Source of the DNA: Rhodoferax sp.
GTDB lineage: Bacteria > Pseudomonadota > Gammaproteobacteria > Burkholderiales > Burkholderiaceae_C
DNA length: 64,000 bases
Reading direction: 5' to 3'
Assembly (NCBI GenBank): GCA_031383745.1
Contig: JANMZX010000050.1
Location: 1,150 to 65,149, forward strand
Each line of letters begins with the position of its first letter. Position 1 is the stretch's first letter. The notes beneath the pieces are model-generated. The model was not told where the DNA came from. It ran no database searches and worked only from the letters and a program-made list of their open reading frames with translations. The position numbers and the translations under genes are program-made. This document shows, piece after piece, positions 1 through 10,547 of the stretch.

Positions 1-669
1 TTTGGTGAAGCGCAGCAGGCGCGTCTGCCACAGCTGCATCACCCGGGCGCGAATCTGCGCCTCGTTGTGGGCCAGCTCGCGCGGCGTCAGGGCGTCCTTG
101 CGTGTCGCCCCGGCCAGCGCACGCATGCGGATGTCGTCGCGCGCCACCAGCAGCTGCGCGATGCCGCGCTCGGCGTCCAGGATGCTCTTGCGCTGCACCT
201 CGGTGGGGTGTGCTGTCAGCACCGGTGACACATAACTGTCGGCCAGCGTGGCGACCACCGTGTCCGGTGCGATGCCGGCCCAGCGCAGGCGCGACAGCGC
301 GACGTCGACGCTGCCTTCCTGGGTGTCGCCGGCACGTTCGTGAATGCCACGCCGGCGGATGTGGTGGCGGTCCTCGGCCAGGTTCGCCAGGTGGCTGAAG
401 TAGGTGAACGCGCGGATCACGCTGACCGTCTGGTCGCCGCTCAGTCCGCTGAGCAGCTTTTTCAGGGCATGGTCCGCGTCGTGGTCGGCGTGGCGGCGGA
501 ACGCGACCGACAGTTTGCGGATCATTTCGACCAGATCGAAGGCGGCCTCACCGTCCTGGTCGCGGATCACGTCGCCCAGGATGCGCCCCAGCAGCCGGAT
601 GTCCTCCACCAGAGGGCGTTCGTTCTCACGCGCGTGCCGGGCGGACTCTTTGCGGGGGCTTGTGGTCAT
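1..669 (-). CDS. ppc: Phosphoenolpyruvate carboxylase, N-terminal part (runs off the window's left edge)
   Basis: Not in the ORF track. Manual translation from ATG at 669 gives ...[15 protein letters not shown]...[15 protein letters not shown]...[16 protein letters not shown], which contains the [12 protein letters not shown] catalytic motif. Confidence 0.95.
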   Translation of the reverse strand, partial: MTTSPRKESARHARENERPLVEDIRLLGRILGDVIRDQDGEAAFDLVEMIRKLSVAFRRHADHDADHALKKLLSGLSGDQTVSVIRAFTYFSHLANLAEDRHHIRRRGIHERAGDTQEGSVDVALSRLRWAGIAPDTVVATLADSYVSPVLTAHPTEVQRKSILDAERGIAQLLVARDDIRMRALAGATRKDALTPRELAHNEAQIRARVMQLWQTRLLRFTK

Positions 670-758
670 GGTTTTCGGGGGCGGTTTTGCGGCTGGCGGG
701 CGTGGAAGCCCATGCTAGCATCGACTGATCCCCCACCGATTACCAACAGGTTACCGCC

Positions 759-1721
759 GTGAACTTGCCCGAGTCCCGCCCCCTCGTGATCGCCACGCGC
801 GAAAGCCCCCTGGCCCTGTGGCAGGCACACCATGTGCGGGCTCTGCTCGAACAGCGCGGCCACCAGGTGCGTTTGCTTGGCATGACGACCAAGGGAGACC
901 AGATCCTGGACCGCTCGCTGAGCAAGGTCGGCGGCAAGGGGCTGTTCGTGAAGGAGCTCGAGCTGGCGCTGGAGGACGGGCGTGCCGACCTGGCGGTGCA
1001 TTCGCTCAAGGACATGCCCATGGACCTGCCCGAGGGCTTTGCGCTGGCCTGCGTGATGGAACGCGAGGATCCGCGCGACGCACTGGTGTCAAACCGCTGC
1101 GCCAGCCTGCAGGAGTTGCCGGCAGGGGCGCTGGTGGGCACGTCGAGCCTGCGCCGTGTGGTGTTGTTGCGCGATGCGTTTGCACGGATGGGGCGTACCG
1201 ACATCCGGATCGAACCGCTGCGTGGCAACGTCAACACCCGCTTGCGCAAGCTCGACGAGGGCGCCTACGACGCGATCGTGCTGGCCGCGGCCGGCCTCAA
1301 GCGCCTGGACATGGCGCAACGCATCCGCGCCGCGTTCGAGCCCGAGCAGATGCTGCCGGCCGCGGGGCAGGGTGCGCTGGGCATAGAGGTGCGTGCCGAC
1401 CGGCAGGACATGCTGGTGGCACTCGCAGGCCTGGCCCATATGCCCACCTGGCAGGCGGTGACCGCCGAGCGCGCCGTCAGTCGGGAGATGGGTGGCAGCT
1501 GCTCGATGCCGCTGGCGGCGCACGCCGTGTGGCACGGCGCACACCTGCGGCTCGCCGCCGCCTGGGGTGCGGTGGAGGATGGGCCGACCGCGGTATCGGT
1601 GCCGCCCCTGGTGCGCGGTGCTGCCAGTGCCCAGGTGCAGTCGCTGGAGCAGGCCGAGGCGCTGGGGCAGGGCGTGGCACTGCAGCTGTGCCAGGGCGGC
1701 GCCGTGCGGTCGAAGGCGTAG
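759..1721 (+). CDS. hemC: Hydroxymethylbilane synthase (porphobilinogen deaminase)
   Basis: [39 protein letters not shown] motifs. Confidence 0.97.
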   Translation: MNLPESRPLVIATRESPLALWQAHHVRALLEQRGHQVRLLGMTTKGDQILDRSLSKVGGKGLFVKELELALEDGRADLAVHSLKDMPMDLPEGFALACVMEREDPRDALVSNRCASLQELPAGALVGTSSLRRVVLLRDAFARMGRTDIRIEPLRGNVNTRLRKLDEGAYDAIVLAAAGLKRLDMAQRIRAAFEPEQMLPAAGQGALGIEVRADRQDMLVALAGLAHMPTWQAVTAERAVSREMGGSCSMPLAAHAVWHGAHLRLAAAWGAVEDGPTAVSVPPLVRGAASAQVQSLEQAEALGQGVALQLCQGGAVRSKA

Positions 1722-1749
1722 GCGCCCGGCGACGGCGCTGCACCACACC

Positions 1750-2544
1750 ATGCGTGTCATCGTCACCCGGCCCGAACCCGAATGCAGCCAGTGGGTCGGC
1801 GTGTTGCAGGGCCGTGGACAGGACGCGGTGGCGCTGCCCCTGATCGAACTCGGCGCCACCAGCGACGACGCGCCGGTCACCGATTGCTGGCGCAAGCTGG
1901 CACGGTATGACGCGGTGATGTTTGTCAGCGGTGCGGCGGTCCAGCATTTCTTCTCCCGGCGCCCGGCGCAGCCACTGCCTGCGCACAAGGGCCGTGCCGG
2001 TGCACCCCGGTTCTGGGCCACCGGCCCTGGAACGGTGGCGGCCCTGTTGCGCCAGGGCGTCGACCCGGCCAGTATCGATGCCCCGGACGCGGGCAACGGC
2101 CAGTTCGATTCCGAGGCGCTGTGGGTGGTGGTGGGCCAGCGTGTGCAGCCGGGTCAACACCTGTTGATCGTGCGTGGCGCGGATGCGTCCGTCGCCTCGG
2201 CGGCGCAAGGCGCCGGGCGCGACTGGCTGGCCACCACCCTGGAGCAGGCCGGTGCCTCCGTGGACTTTGTCGTGGCGTACCAGCGCCGGGCGCCATGCTG
2301 GAGCACGGCCGAAGTCGACCTGGCCCGGGCTGCAGCGCAGGATGGGTCGGTCTGGCTGTTCACGAGTTCGCAGGCCATCCGCCATCTGGCGGTTTGTCTT
2401 GCGGGCCAGCCATGGGGCGCGGCACGGGCGCTGGCGACGCATGGGCGCATTGCGCAAGCGGCGCGGGATGCCGGCTTTGGTGTTGTATGGGAGTCACGGC
2501 CACGCATCGAGGATGTGGTGGCGTCGATAGAATCGGTCGCATGA
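1750..2544 (+). CDS. hemD: Uroporphyrinogen-III synthase
   Basis: MRVIVTRPEP start, FVSGAAV, LIVRG, VVAYQR, WLFTSSQA motifs; lies after hemC. Start set at ATG 1750 inside track ORF 1492..2544. Confidence 0.92.
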   Translation: MRVIVTRPEPECSQWVGVLQGRGQDAVALPLIELGATSDDAPVTDCWRKLARYDAVMFVSGAAVQHFFSRRPAQPLPAHKGRAGAPRFWATGPGTVAALLRQGVDPASIDAPDAGNGQFDSEALWVVVGQRVQPGQHLLIVRGADASVASAAQGAGRDWLATTLEQAGASVDFVVAYQRRAPCWSTAEVDLARAAAQDGSVWLFTSSQAIRHLAVCLAGQPWGAARALATHGRIAQAARDAGFGVVWESRPRIEDVVASIESVA

Positions 2545-3614
2545 ATCCCGCCCCATCCGACCCGAGTGCGCCAGCCTCTGGCGTGGCGACGGATGGCTCT
2601 GTTCCCGCCCCAGCCCCAGCCCCAGCTCTCCCCGTGTCCCGCTCGATGCTGGTGACATGGCTGGCGTTGGCGCTGGCCGCATTGGCGATGGTGGTGAACC
2701 TGGTGTTGTGGCAACGGCTGGCGGTAACGCGCGAACAGATGGCGCGCCAGACGGCCGAGTCGGGTGTGCAGGCCGTCGAGGCGCGCACGGTGGCCCGGCA
2801 AGCCCAGGAACTCGCGCGCGATACCGCCGCGCGCCTCGCCGTCTCCGAGGCACGGCTGAGCGAAGTGGCCCTGCAGCGCAACCAGGTCGAAGACCTGATC
2901 CAGAGCCTGTCGCGCTCGCGCGACGAAAACCTGGTGGTGGACATCGAGTCGGCGGTCCGGCTGGCCCAGCAACAGGCGCAGCTGACGGGCAGCGTCGAGC
3001 CGCTGGTGGCTGCGCTCAAGAGCGCGGAGCAACGTGTGGCGCGCGCCGCCCAGCCGAGGCTGGCCCAGCTGCAGCGCGCGATTGCCCGCGACATCAGCCG
3101 GATCGGCAATGCGACGGTGTCGGACACACCCGCGCTGCTGGTGCGCATCGACGAACTGCTGCGCATGGCGGATGAGCTGCCGCTGGTCAACGCGGTGGCG
3201 GATGTCAGCGCCAGCGGCTCGCTCAAGCGCGTCGACAAGGAGTCCTGGCCGAGTTGGTGGGAGCGCGGCCTGCGTGTGGTCGGCGATGAGGCGCGCAACC
3301 TGCTGCGGGTCAGCCGCATCGAGCAGCCGGAGGCTGCATTGCTGTCGCCCGAGCAGTCGTTCTTCGTACGCGAGAACTACAAGCTCAAGCTGCTCAACGC
3401 CCGTCTGGGGCTGCTGGCCCGGCAGCTCGAATCCGCAAGAGCCGATATTGCCGCGTCATCCGCGTCGCTGAACAAGTATTTCGACCCTGCCTCGCGTAAG
3501 ACCCAGGCCGCTGCGAGCCTGCTGCAGCAGGTGCAGGGGCAATTGAAGACCATGGAGCTGCCGCGGGTGGACGACACGCTGGCGGCCCTCACCACGGCCG
3601 CTGCCGGGCGCTGA
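2541..3614 (+). CDS. hemX: HemX family membrane protein
   Basis: N-terminal TM helix, coiled coil, LRLAQQQAQLTG-type segment, RENYKLKLLNARLGLL; ATGA overlap with hemD. Confidence 0.88.
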   Translation: MNPAPSDPSAPASGVATDGSVPAPAPAPALPVSRSMLVTWLALALAALAMVVNLVLWQRLAVTREQMARQTAESGVQAVEARTVARQAQELARDTAARLAVSEARLSEVALQRNQVEDLIQSLSRSRDENLVVDIESAVRLAQQQAQLTGSVEPLVAALKSAEQRVARAAQPRLAQLQRAIARDISRIGNATVSDTPALLVRIDELLRMADELPLVNAVADVSASGSLKRVDKESWPSWWERGLRVVGDEARNLLRVSRIEQPEAALLSPEQSFFVRENYKLKLLNARLGLLARQLESARADIAASSASLNKYFDPASRKTQAAASLLQQVQGQLKTMELPRVDDTLAALTTAAAGR

Positions 3615-3615
3615 C

Positions 3616-4893
3616 ATGCGCGTCGCCCTGTGGCTGCTGGCCCTGTTCGCGATAGCGGTGGCGGTGGCGCTGTTCGCCGGCAACAACCCGGGGTCGATCA
3701 CCGTATTCTGGCCGCCGTACCGGGTCGATCTGTCGCTCAACCTGGTCCTGGTCCTGCTGTTGCTGGGTTTCCTGACGCTGCACATGGCGTGGCGGGCGCT
3801 GTCGGCGTTGTTTGCCATCCCCCGCGAAGCGCGGCTGTGGCGGTTGCGCCAGCGCGAGCGCAGCATGCAGCTGGCCTTGCTGGACGCCTTTTCCAATCTG
3901 GTGGCCGGGCGCTTCGTGCGCGCCAAGAAGGCGGCCGAGTCGGTGCTGGTGCAGGTGCGTTCGATCGAATCCGACGGCGATACGCTGGGCTATGCGGCGC
4001 GCCTGCAGGCGGTGTCGCACTTGCTGGCCGCCGAGGCCGCGCACTCGTTGCAGGACCGCCAGGCGCGCGAGCAGCACTTCCGTGCCGCGATGGAACAGGC
4101 CGCCGCGGGCGCCGGTCCGGAGACCCGCGAGGGGGTGCAACTGCGTGCTGCGCGCTGGGCGCTGGATGACCGGGATGCGTCCCAGGCGCTCCAGTTCCTC
4201 GACGAGATGGCGCAGGGTCCGGCGCGCCGCACGCTGGCCCTGCGGATGCGGCTGAAGGCGGCCCGGATGGCACAGCGCACGGTCGCCGCTCTGGAGACCG
4301 CCCGGCTGCTGGCCAAGCACCGGGCACTGTCTCCGGTGGCAGCAGAGGGCGTCCTGCGCGGCCTGGCGATCGAGTTGATCCATGGCGCCCATGATCCGGC
4401 GCAGTTGCAGAAGGCCTGGGAACAGCTCGATGCGCCGGAGCGGGCGCTTGTCGACGTGGCCACCGAGGCGGCCGAGCGGTTGCTCGTGCTGGGAGGCGAC
4501 CCGGCGCTGTCGCGCCAGTGGTTGCTGCCGGCCTGGGACCACATGGTGGCGCGGGCCGGAGCCGTGAGCCCGTTGCAGACGGTGCATCTGATCCGGACGC
4601 TGGAACGCGGGTTTGCCAGCGCCTCCGGGGCCCCCGATCCCGGGTGGCTTGCACGCATCGAATCGGCCCAGATGCACAACCCGGGCGACCCGGTGCTGCA
4701 GTACCTGGCCGGTGTCACCTGCATGCGGCTGCAGCTCTGGGGCAAGGCCAACCAGTTGCTGACGCAGGCCTTGGCCCGGCTGCAGGATACCGGGTTGCGC
4801 CGCGATGCGTGGCGGCTGCTGGCAGAACTGGCCCAGCAAGATGGTGACCAGGAGGCCGCCACCCAGGCATGGCGCAAGGCGGCGCAGGCCTGA
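3616..4893 (+). CDS. hemY: HemY family membrane/TPR protein
   Basis: Two N-terminal TM helices, WPPYRVDLSLN, TPR-like helical C-terminus; position after hemX. Confidence 0.88.
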   Translation: MRVALWLLALFAIAVAVALFAGNNPGSITVFWPPYRVDLSLNLVLVLLLLGFLTLHMAWRALSALFAIPREARLWRLRQRERSMQLALLDAFSNLVAGRFVRAKKAAESVLVQVRSIESDGDTLGYAARLQAVSHLLAAEAAHSLQDRQAREQHFRAAMEQAAAGAGPETREGVQLRAARWALDDRDASQALQFLDEMAQGPARRTLALRMRLKAARMAQRTVAALETARLLAKHRALSPVAAEGVLRGLAIELIHGAHDPAQLQKAWEQLDAPERALVDVATEAAERLLVLGGDPALSRQWLLPAWDHMVARAGAVSPLQTVHLIRTLERGFASASGAPDPGWLARIESAQMHNPGDPVLQYLAGVTCMRLQLWGKANQLLTQALARLQDTGLRRDAWRLLAELAQQDGDQEAATQAWRKAAQA

Positions 4894-4923
4894 CCAGCCT
4901 GCGTCGCCCGGCCCTGCGGACGG

Positions 4924-7899
4924 TCAGACCGTCGCGGCCTGTTCGAACGGCAACGTCATGTTGCGCAGATCGCGCCGGGTTTCGACCAACACCAGCGGAC
5001 CCTCATCGATCACCACCGCTGCCGGACGCTCCCGCGGCACGTGGACGGATTTGGGCAGCGCCGCGATAGCCTCCTGTGCCAGGCGGATCTTTTCTGCATC
5101 CGAATTGACCCACTGCAAACCACATCCCTCGGCGATCTGAGCCAGATCCTGGAGCGGAAGCGCGTAAGGCTGCACCTTGGGCAGGCCGGCGGAAACCGGC
5201 GCAGTGGTCGTCGGTGTGGCTGCAGGTTGCCGGGGTGCTGCCGGGGCTGGCGCTACAGGCGCGGCCACGACCGGCGCCGTTTCCTCGGCTGGCGCCGTCA
5301 ATGGCGCAGAGAAGCCTTCCAGTGCCTGCTGAGGACCTGCGTCCGCGGCGGGTTGACGTTCGCCTTCACCGTCACGGCGCGGTCGATCGCCGCGCGGGCG
5401 CCGCTCGCGTCCCGACCGCTCGCGCGGCCGGTTGTCGGCTCCGTCGGTCCGCTCGCCGCGGTCCTGCATTGCTGACGCAACCGCGCCTTCTGGCGCGCCC
5501 TCTGCCTGCACTGGAACGCCGTCGGTCGGCCCGGCGGTGGCAAGCGGTTCGCCCTGGTCCTGGCGCGGCCGGCGGTCCGGCCGGCGTTCGCCGCGTCCCT
5601 CGCCGCGGGCTTCGCGTGGTTCACGCGGCTCCCTTGGCTCGCGCGGCTCACGCTGCTCGGCGCTGCGCTCGGGACGCGCTTCAGCAGCGGTGTCGGCGCG
5701 GTCCTGGTTGCGGTCCGGCCGCGGTGCACGCTCGGCGCCCTCGGCGCGTTCAGCGTTGCCTCGGCCGCGCCCACCGCGCTCGCCATTGCGCGGCGGACGG
5801 TCGCCACGTGGCTGGTCTGCCCGCTGACCGTCGCCGGACGGCGCCTGGGCCGGCCCCGCGGCCAGGCTGCCGTCTGCGCCCAGCGGCATCGCGTTGGCGT
5901 CGACGCGTTCGCGCGAGCCCTGGGTGCCGCGGTCACCGCGTTCCCCGCGCCCGCCGCGCCCGCCGCGGCCGCCGCGTCCACGACCGTCGCCGCGCCCTTC
6001 AGGGCGGCCTTCGCTGCGTGGTCCATCGCGACCTTCGGTCGGGCGGCCATCCCGTGCCGGACGGCCATCGTCCTTGCGCGGCGTTTCGGCTGCCTTGGCC
6101 GGCACCGGCACTGGCGCGGGCGTTGCCGGTGGCGCGCCGAAGAGGTTTTTGATCCAGCCGAAAAAGCCCTTTTCGGCGGGTGGTGCAGGCGGCGCAGGCG
6201 GCGGCGCGACAGGCGCCGCGGCGGCTACCGGTGCCGGATGCGCGGGCTTGGGCGCAGGTGCCACGGCCTCGGGCCGGGGGGCAGCGGCCGGTGCCGGCGC
6301 GTCGGGCAATACGCCCTTGATCACCGGCGTCTGCCGGTTGGTGGGTTCCTGCGAGCGGCGCGTCACCGAGGTGGCGTCTTCCATCTCGTCGGCCATCTTG
6401 TAGCTGGCCTCGATGTTGTCCAGCCGCGGGTCGTCGTGCTTGAGGCGTTCGAGCTTGTAGTTGGGCGTCTCGAGCGTCTTGTTGGGAACCATCAGCACAT
6501 TGATGCGCTGCTTGAGTTCGATCTTGGCGATCTCGGTGCGTTTTTCATTGAGCAGGAACGAGGCGACGTCCACCGGCACCTGGCACAGCACCGACGCGGT
6601 GTTGTCCTTGAGCGACTCCTCCTGGATGATGCGCAGGATCTGCAGCGCCGAGCTCTCGGTGTCGCGGATGTGGCCGGAGCCGCCGCAACGCGGGCAGGGA
6701 ATCGACGCACCCTCGCTGAGCGCCGGGCGCAGGCGCTGGCGGCTCATCTCCATCAGTCCGAACTTGCTGATGGAGCCGAACTGCACGCGGGCGCGGTCCT
6801 GCCGCAGCGCGTCGCGCAGGCGGTTTTCCACATCGCGCCGGTTGCGGCTTTCTTCCATGTCGATGAAGTCGATGACGATCAGGCCGCCGAGGTCGCGCAG
6901 CCGCATCTGGCGCGCCACTTCGTCGGCGGCCTCCAGGTTGGTGCGGGTGGCGGTTTCCTCGATGTCGCCGCCGCGGATGGCGCGCGCCGAGTTGACGTCC
7001 ACCGAGACCAGCGCCTCGGTGTGGTCGATCACGATCGCGCCGCCACTGGGCAGCTGCACCGTGCGTGCATAGGCCGACTCGATCTGGTGTTCGATCTGGA
7101 AGCGCGAGAACAGCGGTGCGTCGTCGCGGTAGCGCTTCACCCGGGCGGCATGTTCGGGCATCACATGCGCCATGAACTGCTGCGCCTGGTCGTACACATC
7201 GTCGGTGTCGATCAGGATGTCGCCGATATCGTGGTTGAAGTAGTCGCGGATGGCGCGGATGACGAGCGAGGATTCCTGGTAGATCAGGTAGGCGCCCTTG
7301 CCGCCCTTGGAGGCGCCATCGATGGCGTTCCACAGCTTGAGCAGGTAGTTCAGGTCCCACTGGAGCTCGGGCGCGGAGCGGCCGATGCCGGCGGTGCGGG
7401 CGATGATGCTCATCCCGTTGGGGTATTCGAGCTGGTCCAGCGCCTCCTTCAGTTCCGCACGGTCGTCACCTTCGATGCGGCGCGACACGCCACCGCCGCG
7501 CGGGTTGTTGGGCATCAGCACCACATAACGGCCGGCCAGCGACACGAATGTCGTCAATGCGGCACCCTTGTTGCCGCGTTCTTCCTTCTCGACCTGCACC
7601 AGCAGCTCCTGGCCTTCACGGATCGCATCCTGGATGCGGGCCTGATTGGCCTGCACACCCGGGGCAAAGTAGGTGCGCGAGATTTCCTTGAACGGCAGGA
7701 AGCCGTGGCGGTCTTCGCCGTAGTCGACAAAACAGGCTTCCAGCGACGGCTCGACGCGTGTGACGACGGCCTTGTAGATATTGCCCTTGCGCTGCTCGCG
7801 CCCTTCGATTTCGATTTCGTAGTCGAGCAGTTTTTGCCCGTCCACAATGGCCAGCCGGCGTTCTTCGGCCTGGGTGGCATTGATCAGCATCCGCTTCAT
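4924..7899 (-). CDS. rne: Ribonuclease E
   Basis: [21 protein letters not shown] start, S1 domain, [23 protein letters not shown] Zn-link, long disordered R/E/P-rich C-terminus. Confidence 0.98.
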   Translation of the reverse strand: MKRMLINATQAEERRLAIVDGQKLLDYEIEIEGREQRKGNIYKAVVTRVEPSLEACFVDYGEDRHGFLPFKEISRTYFAPGVQANQARIQDAIREGQELLVQVEKEERGNKGAALTTFVSLAGRYVVLMPNNPRGGGVSRRIEGDDRAELKEALDQLEYPNGMSIIARTAGIGRSAPELQWDLNYLLKLWNAIDGASKGGKGAYLIYQESSLVIRAIRDYFNHDIGDILIDTDDVYDQAQQFMAHVMPEHAARVKRYRDDAPLFSRFQIEHQIESAYARTVQLPSGGAIVIDHTEALVSVDVNSARAIRGGDIEETATRTNLEAADEVARQMRLRDLGGLIVIDFIDMEESRNRRDVENRLRDALRQDRARVQFGSISKFGLMEMSRQRLRPALSEGASIPCPRCGGSGHIRDTESSALQILRIIQEESLKDNTASVLCQVPVDVASFLLNEKRTEIAKIELKQRINVLMVPNKTLETPNYKLERLKHDDPRLDNIEASYKMADEMEDATSVTRRSQEPTNRQTPVIKGVLPDAPAPAAAPRPEAVAPAPKPAHPAPVAAAAPVAPPPAPPAPPAEKGFFGWIKNLFGAPPATPAPVPVPAKAAETPRKDDGRPARDGRPTEGRDGPRSEGRPEGRGDGRGRGGRGGRGGRGERGDRGTQGSRERVDANAMPLGADGSLAAGPAQAPSGDGQRADQPRGDRPPRNGERGGRGRGNAERAEGAERAPRPDRNQDRADTAAEARPERSAEQREPREPREPREPREARGEGRGERRPDRRPRQDQGEPLATAGPTDGVPVQAEGAPEGAVASAMQDRGERTDGADNRPRERSGRERRPRGDRPRRDGEGERQPAADAGPQQALEGFSAPLTAPAEETAPVVAAPVAPAPAAPRQPAATPTTTAPVSAGLPKVQPYALPLQDLAQIAEGCGLQWVNSDAEKIRLAQEAIAALPKSVHVPRERPAAVVIDEGPLVLVETRRDLRNMTLPFEQAATV

Positions 7900-8400
7900 G
7901 GTTTGCGTTCCTCTTCCTCGGCGGGGACCGATGCACACGGCGCTGGGGCCGTGGCGGCTGGTCCCCGGGTCTTGCGACCCGTTACCTGCTCATGACGAGC
8001 AAACGATGCCTGGGCGGACGCTTTGAACCGATGGGAATTGCCGGTCGCCGGTGGCTCACACAATGAGCCGCGGCGGTGGCGCGTGGATGGGGGCGAGGGG
8101 GTAGTATTGTGCTTGCGCTGTCGATGCGGGGGCGTAGTCGGCCTGTCGCACAGGCGCTGCCGGCAGCACCATGCCGACCAACCACGCGAAAAGGCGTGGA
8201 AGATGGGCAAGGATGAATCCGGTCAACACAATCATGTCGCTCAAATCCGCCTGCCAGTGGGTGCCTGGCAGGCTTGGGTATTCCATATCGGTGGTTCAAT
8301 TCGCCGGCGTACCCGTTGACCCTGCCGACCACCACAAGCAATTGGCTTGTGGTCTGTCTTGTGGCTTCCCGGAGGCATCGACCTGCCAGTGACGCTGCGG
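7900..8400 (-). promoter_or_regulatory. Long structured 5' leader of rne (candidate autoregulatory UTR)
   Basis: ~500 nt between the candidate promoter and the rne ATG, with many perfect stems: 7923-29/7960-66, 8053-58/8064-69, 8182-87/8194-99, 8249-57/8265-73, 8331-39/8345-53. Confidence 0.6.
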
Positions 8401-8404
8401 GCTG

Positions 8405-8432
8405 AGTGTGGACTAAACTCCAGACAAATCAA
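8405..8432 (-). promoter_or_regulatory. Candidate sigma70 promoter for rne
   Basis: Minus strand TTGATT-N16-CACACT. Confidence 0.4.
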
Positions 8433-8452
8433 CCACTTGCAGCAAGTCGCTA

Positions 8453-9487
8453 GTGAAAGCCATTATAGGGGCCAATCGGCCGGACGAGGCCCCCCAATCC
8501 AAAACGCTGGTGGTGGACGAGGAGGACGCGGGCCAGCGGCTGGACAACTTCCTGATGCGCCACCTCAAGGGTGTGCCCAAGACCCACATCTACCGGATCA
8601 TCCGCAGCGGCGAGGTGCGGATCAACAAGGGCCGGGCGACGGCTGACCGGCGGATCGAAGCCGGCGATCAGGTCCGGCTGCCGCCAGTGCGGACATCTGC
8701 CCGGGCCGATGCCAAGGCGCACGCCGTGGCGCAGGGCACGCCGGCTATGGGCGGCCCGGCGCGCCCTGCGCCGGCCCGTGAATTCCCGATCCTGTTCGAA
8801 GACGATTGGCTGCTGGCGGTGGACAAACCCGCAGGCGTGGCCGTGCACGGCGGCTCGGGGGTGAGTTTCGGGGTGATCGAGCAATTGCGCATGGCCCGCC
8901 CACAGGCGCGTTTCCTGGAGCTGGTGCACCGCCTGGACCGCGAGACCAGCGGCATCCTGCTGGTGGCCAAGAAGCGCAGCGCGCTGAAGAAGCTCCAGGA
9001 CCAGTTCCGGGAGCGCGAAACCGGCAAGACCTACCTCGCCCTGGTGGTCGGGCAATGGCCTGCCAGACACAAGGTGCTGGACAAGCCGTTGCGCAAGTAC
9101 CTGCTGCCCGACGGTGAACGCCGGGTGCAGGTGGTAACCAAAGACCACCCGGACGCCATGGAGGCGCTGACCCTTGTCAAGCTAGCCCGGGCGACCGGGG
9201 CCTACTCCCTGCTCGAGGTGACCATCAAGACCGGCAGGACGCATCAGATCCGGGTTCATCTGGCTGCCGAGGGCATGCCCATCGTCGGTGATGAGAAGTA
9301 TGGCGATTTCGATCTGAACAAGTCGCTGCAGCGCGCGGGTGTGGATGTTCCGCTGCGTCGCATGTTCCTGCATGCGTGGCGGTTACAGTTCAGCCATCCC
9401 GACAGCGGCGAGCGGATCCAGCTGGCTGCGGAAATTCCCCCTGAACTGAGCCTGTTTCTCGATCATGTCCATCCAGCCCCCGCATGA
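8453..9487 (+). CDS. rluC: 23S rRNA pseudouridine synthase, RluC type
   Basis: S4 domain (GQRLDNFL...IRSGEVRINK), HRLDRETSGILL, TGRTHQIRVH; divergent from rne. Confidence 0.93.
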   Translation: MKAIIGANRPDEAPQSKTLVVDEEDAGQRLDNFLMRHLKGVPKTHIYRIIRSGEVRINKGRATADRRIEAGDQVRLPPVRTSARADAKAHAVAQGTPAMGGPARPAPAREFPILFEDDWLLAVDKPAGVAVHGGSGVSFGVIEQLRMARPQARFLELVHRLDRETSGILLVAKKRSALKKLQDQFRERETGKTYLALVVGQWPARHKVLDKPLRKYLLPDGERRVQVVTKDHPDAMEALTLVKLARATGAYSLLEVTIKTGRTHQIRVHLAAEGMPIVGDEKYGDFDLNKSLQRAGVDVPLRRMFLHAWRLQFSHPDSGERIQLAAEIPPELSLFLDHVHPAPA

Positions 9488-10172
9488 CACGCCCAGCCGC
9501 CAGGCGCCACCTGTCCGCCGGCGCGCCTTCGACCTGATCGCCTACGACTGGGATGGGACGCTTTTCGACTCGACCGCGATCATCACGCGCTGCATCCAGG
9601 CGGCGGTGCGGGATGTCGGTGGCACGGTGCCGACAGACGAGGCGGCGTCGCATGTGATCGGCCTGGGCTTGATGCAGGCGCTGGCCCATGCCGCCCCCGA
9701 TGTGCCGCAGGAGAAATACCCCCAGCTCGGCGCGCGGTACCGCCACCACTACATGGCCCAGCAGGATGCGATCAGCCTGTTTCAGGGGGTTCTGCCGATG
9801 TTGGCCGCATTGAAGGCGCGGCAACACTGGCTTGCGGTTGCCACCGGAAAAAGTCGCAAGGGCCTGGACGCCGCCCTGGAGGCGGTCGAACTGCAGGGCC
9901 TGTTCGACGCATCCCGCACCGCTGACGAGACGGCCGGCAAGCCCCACCCGCGCATGTTGCACGAGTTGATGGGCGAACTCGGGGTGGAGCCGGCGCGCGT
10001 GTTGATGGTCGGCGACACCACCCATGACCTGCAGATGGCGGTCAATGCGGGCTGTGCCAGCGTCGGGGTCAGCTACGGGGCCCACGAGCCAGGGGCCTTT
10101 GAACCGTTGCAACCCCGGTTTGTGGCGCACTCGGTGCCGGAGTTGCATGCCTGGCTGGTCGCCAACGCGTAG
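9465..10172 (+). CDS. HAD-IA family hydrolase (phosphoglycolate phosphatase-like)
   Basis: DWDGTLFDS motif I, KPHP, MVGDTTHDL motif IV. Confidence 0.9.
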   Translation: MSIQPPHDTPSRQAPPVRRRAFDLIAYDWDGTLFDSTAIITRCIQAAVRDVGGTVPTDEAASHVIGLGLMQALAHAAPDVPQEKYPQLGARYRHHYMAQQDAISLFQGVLPMLAALKARQHWLAVATGKSRKGLDAALEAVELQGLFDASRTADETAGKPHPRMLHELMGELGVEPARVLMVGDTTHDLQMAVNAGCASVGVSYGAHEPGAFEPLQPRFVAHSVPELHAWLVANA

Positions 10173-10180
10173 GCCGGACG

Positions 10181-10546
10181 ATGTTTCCCCAGGTGGCCTT
10201 GTGCCCGTCCGACGCCCTGGTTGACAGCGGCATGGCGGTCGGTTTCGACGTGTCGTTCCAGGGGCAGACCTGTCGCGCGTTCGCGATCCGCTACGGCGGG
10301 CAGGTGCATGCGTACCTCAACCGGTGCAGCCACGTGCCGATGGAAATGGACTACCAGCCGGACCGGTTCTTCGATTCGACCGGGCACTGGCTGATCTGTG
10401 CCACCCATGGCGCGCTCTACCGACCCGATACCGGGCGCTGCAGCGGAGGGCCCTGCCGCGGGGGCCTGGTCAAGATTGCCCTGGAAGAGCGCGACGGCGT
10501 CGTGCACTGGCATACTGCCCACAACCTGAAACCTCTTGAGTTTTGA
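10181..10546 (+). CDS. Rieske [2Fe-2S] ferredoxin
   Basis: NRCSH and ICATHGA Rieske ligand boxes. Confidence 0.9.
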   Translation: MFPQVALCPSDALVDSGMAVGFDVSFQGQTCRAFAIRYGGQVHAYLNRCSHVPMEMDYQPDRFFDSTGHWLICATHGALYRPDTGRCSGGPCRGGLVKIALEERDGVVHWHTAHNLKPLEF

Positions 10547-10547
10547 C

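Noticed and set aside
740-755. TTACC direct repeat at 11-bp spacing before hemC
   Set aside because: Too short to distinguish from chance and overlaps the translation-initiation region.
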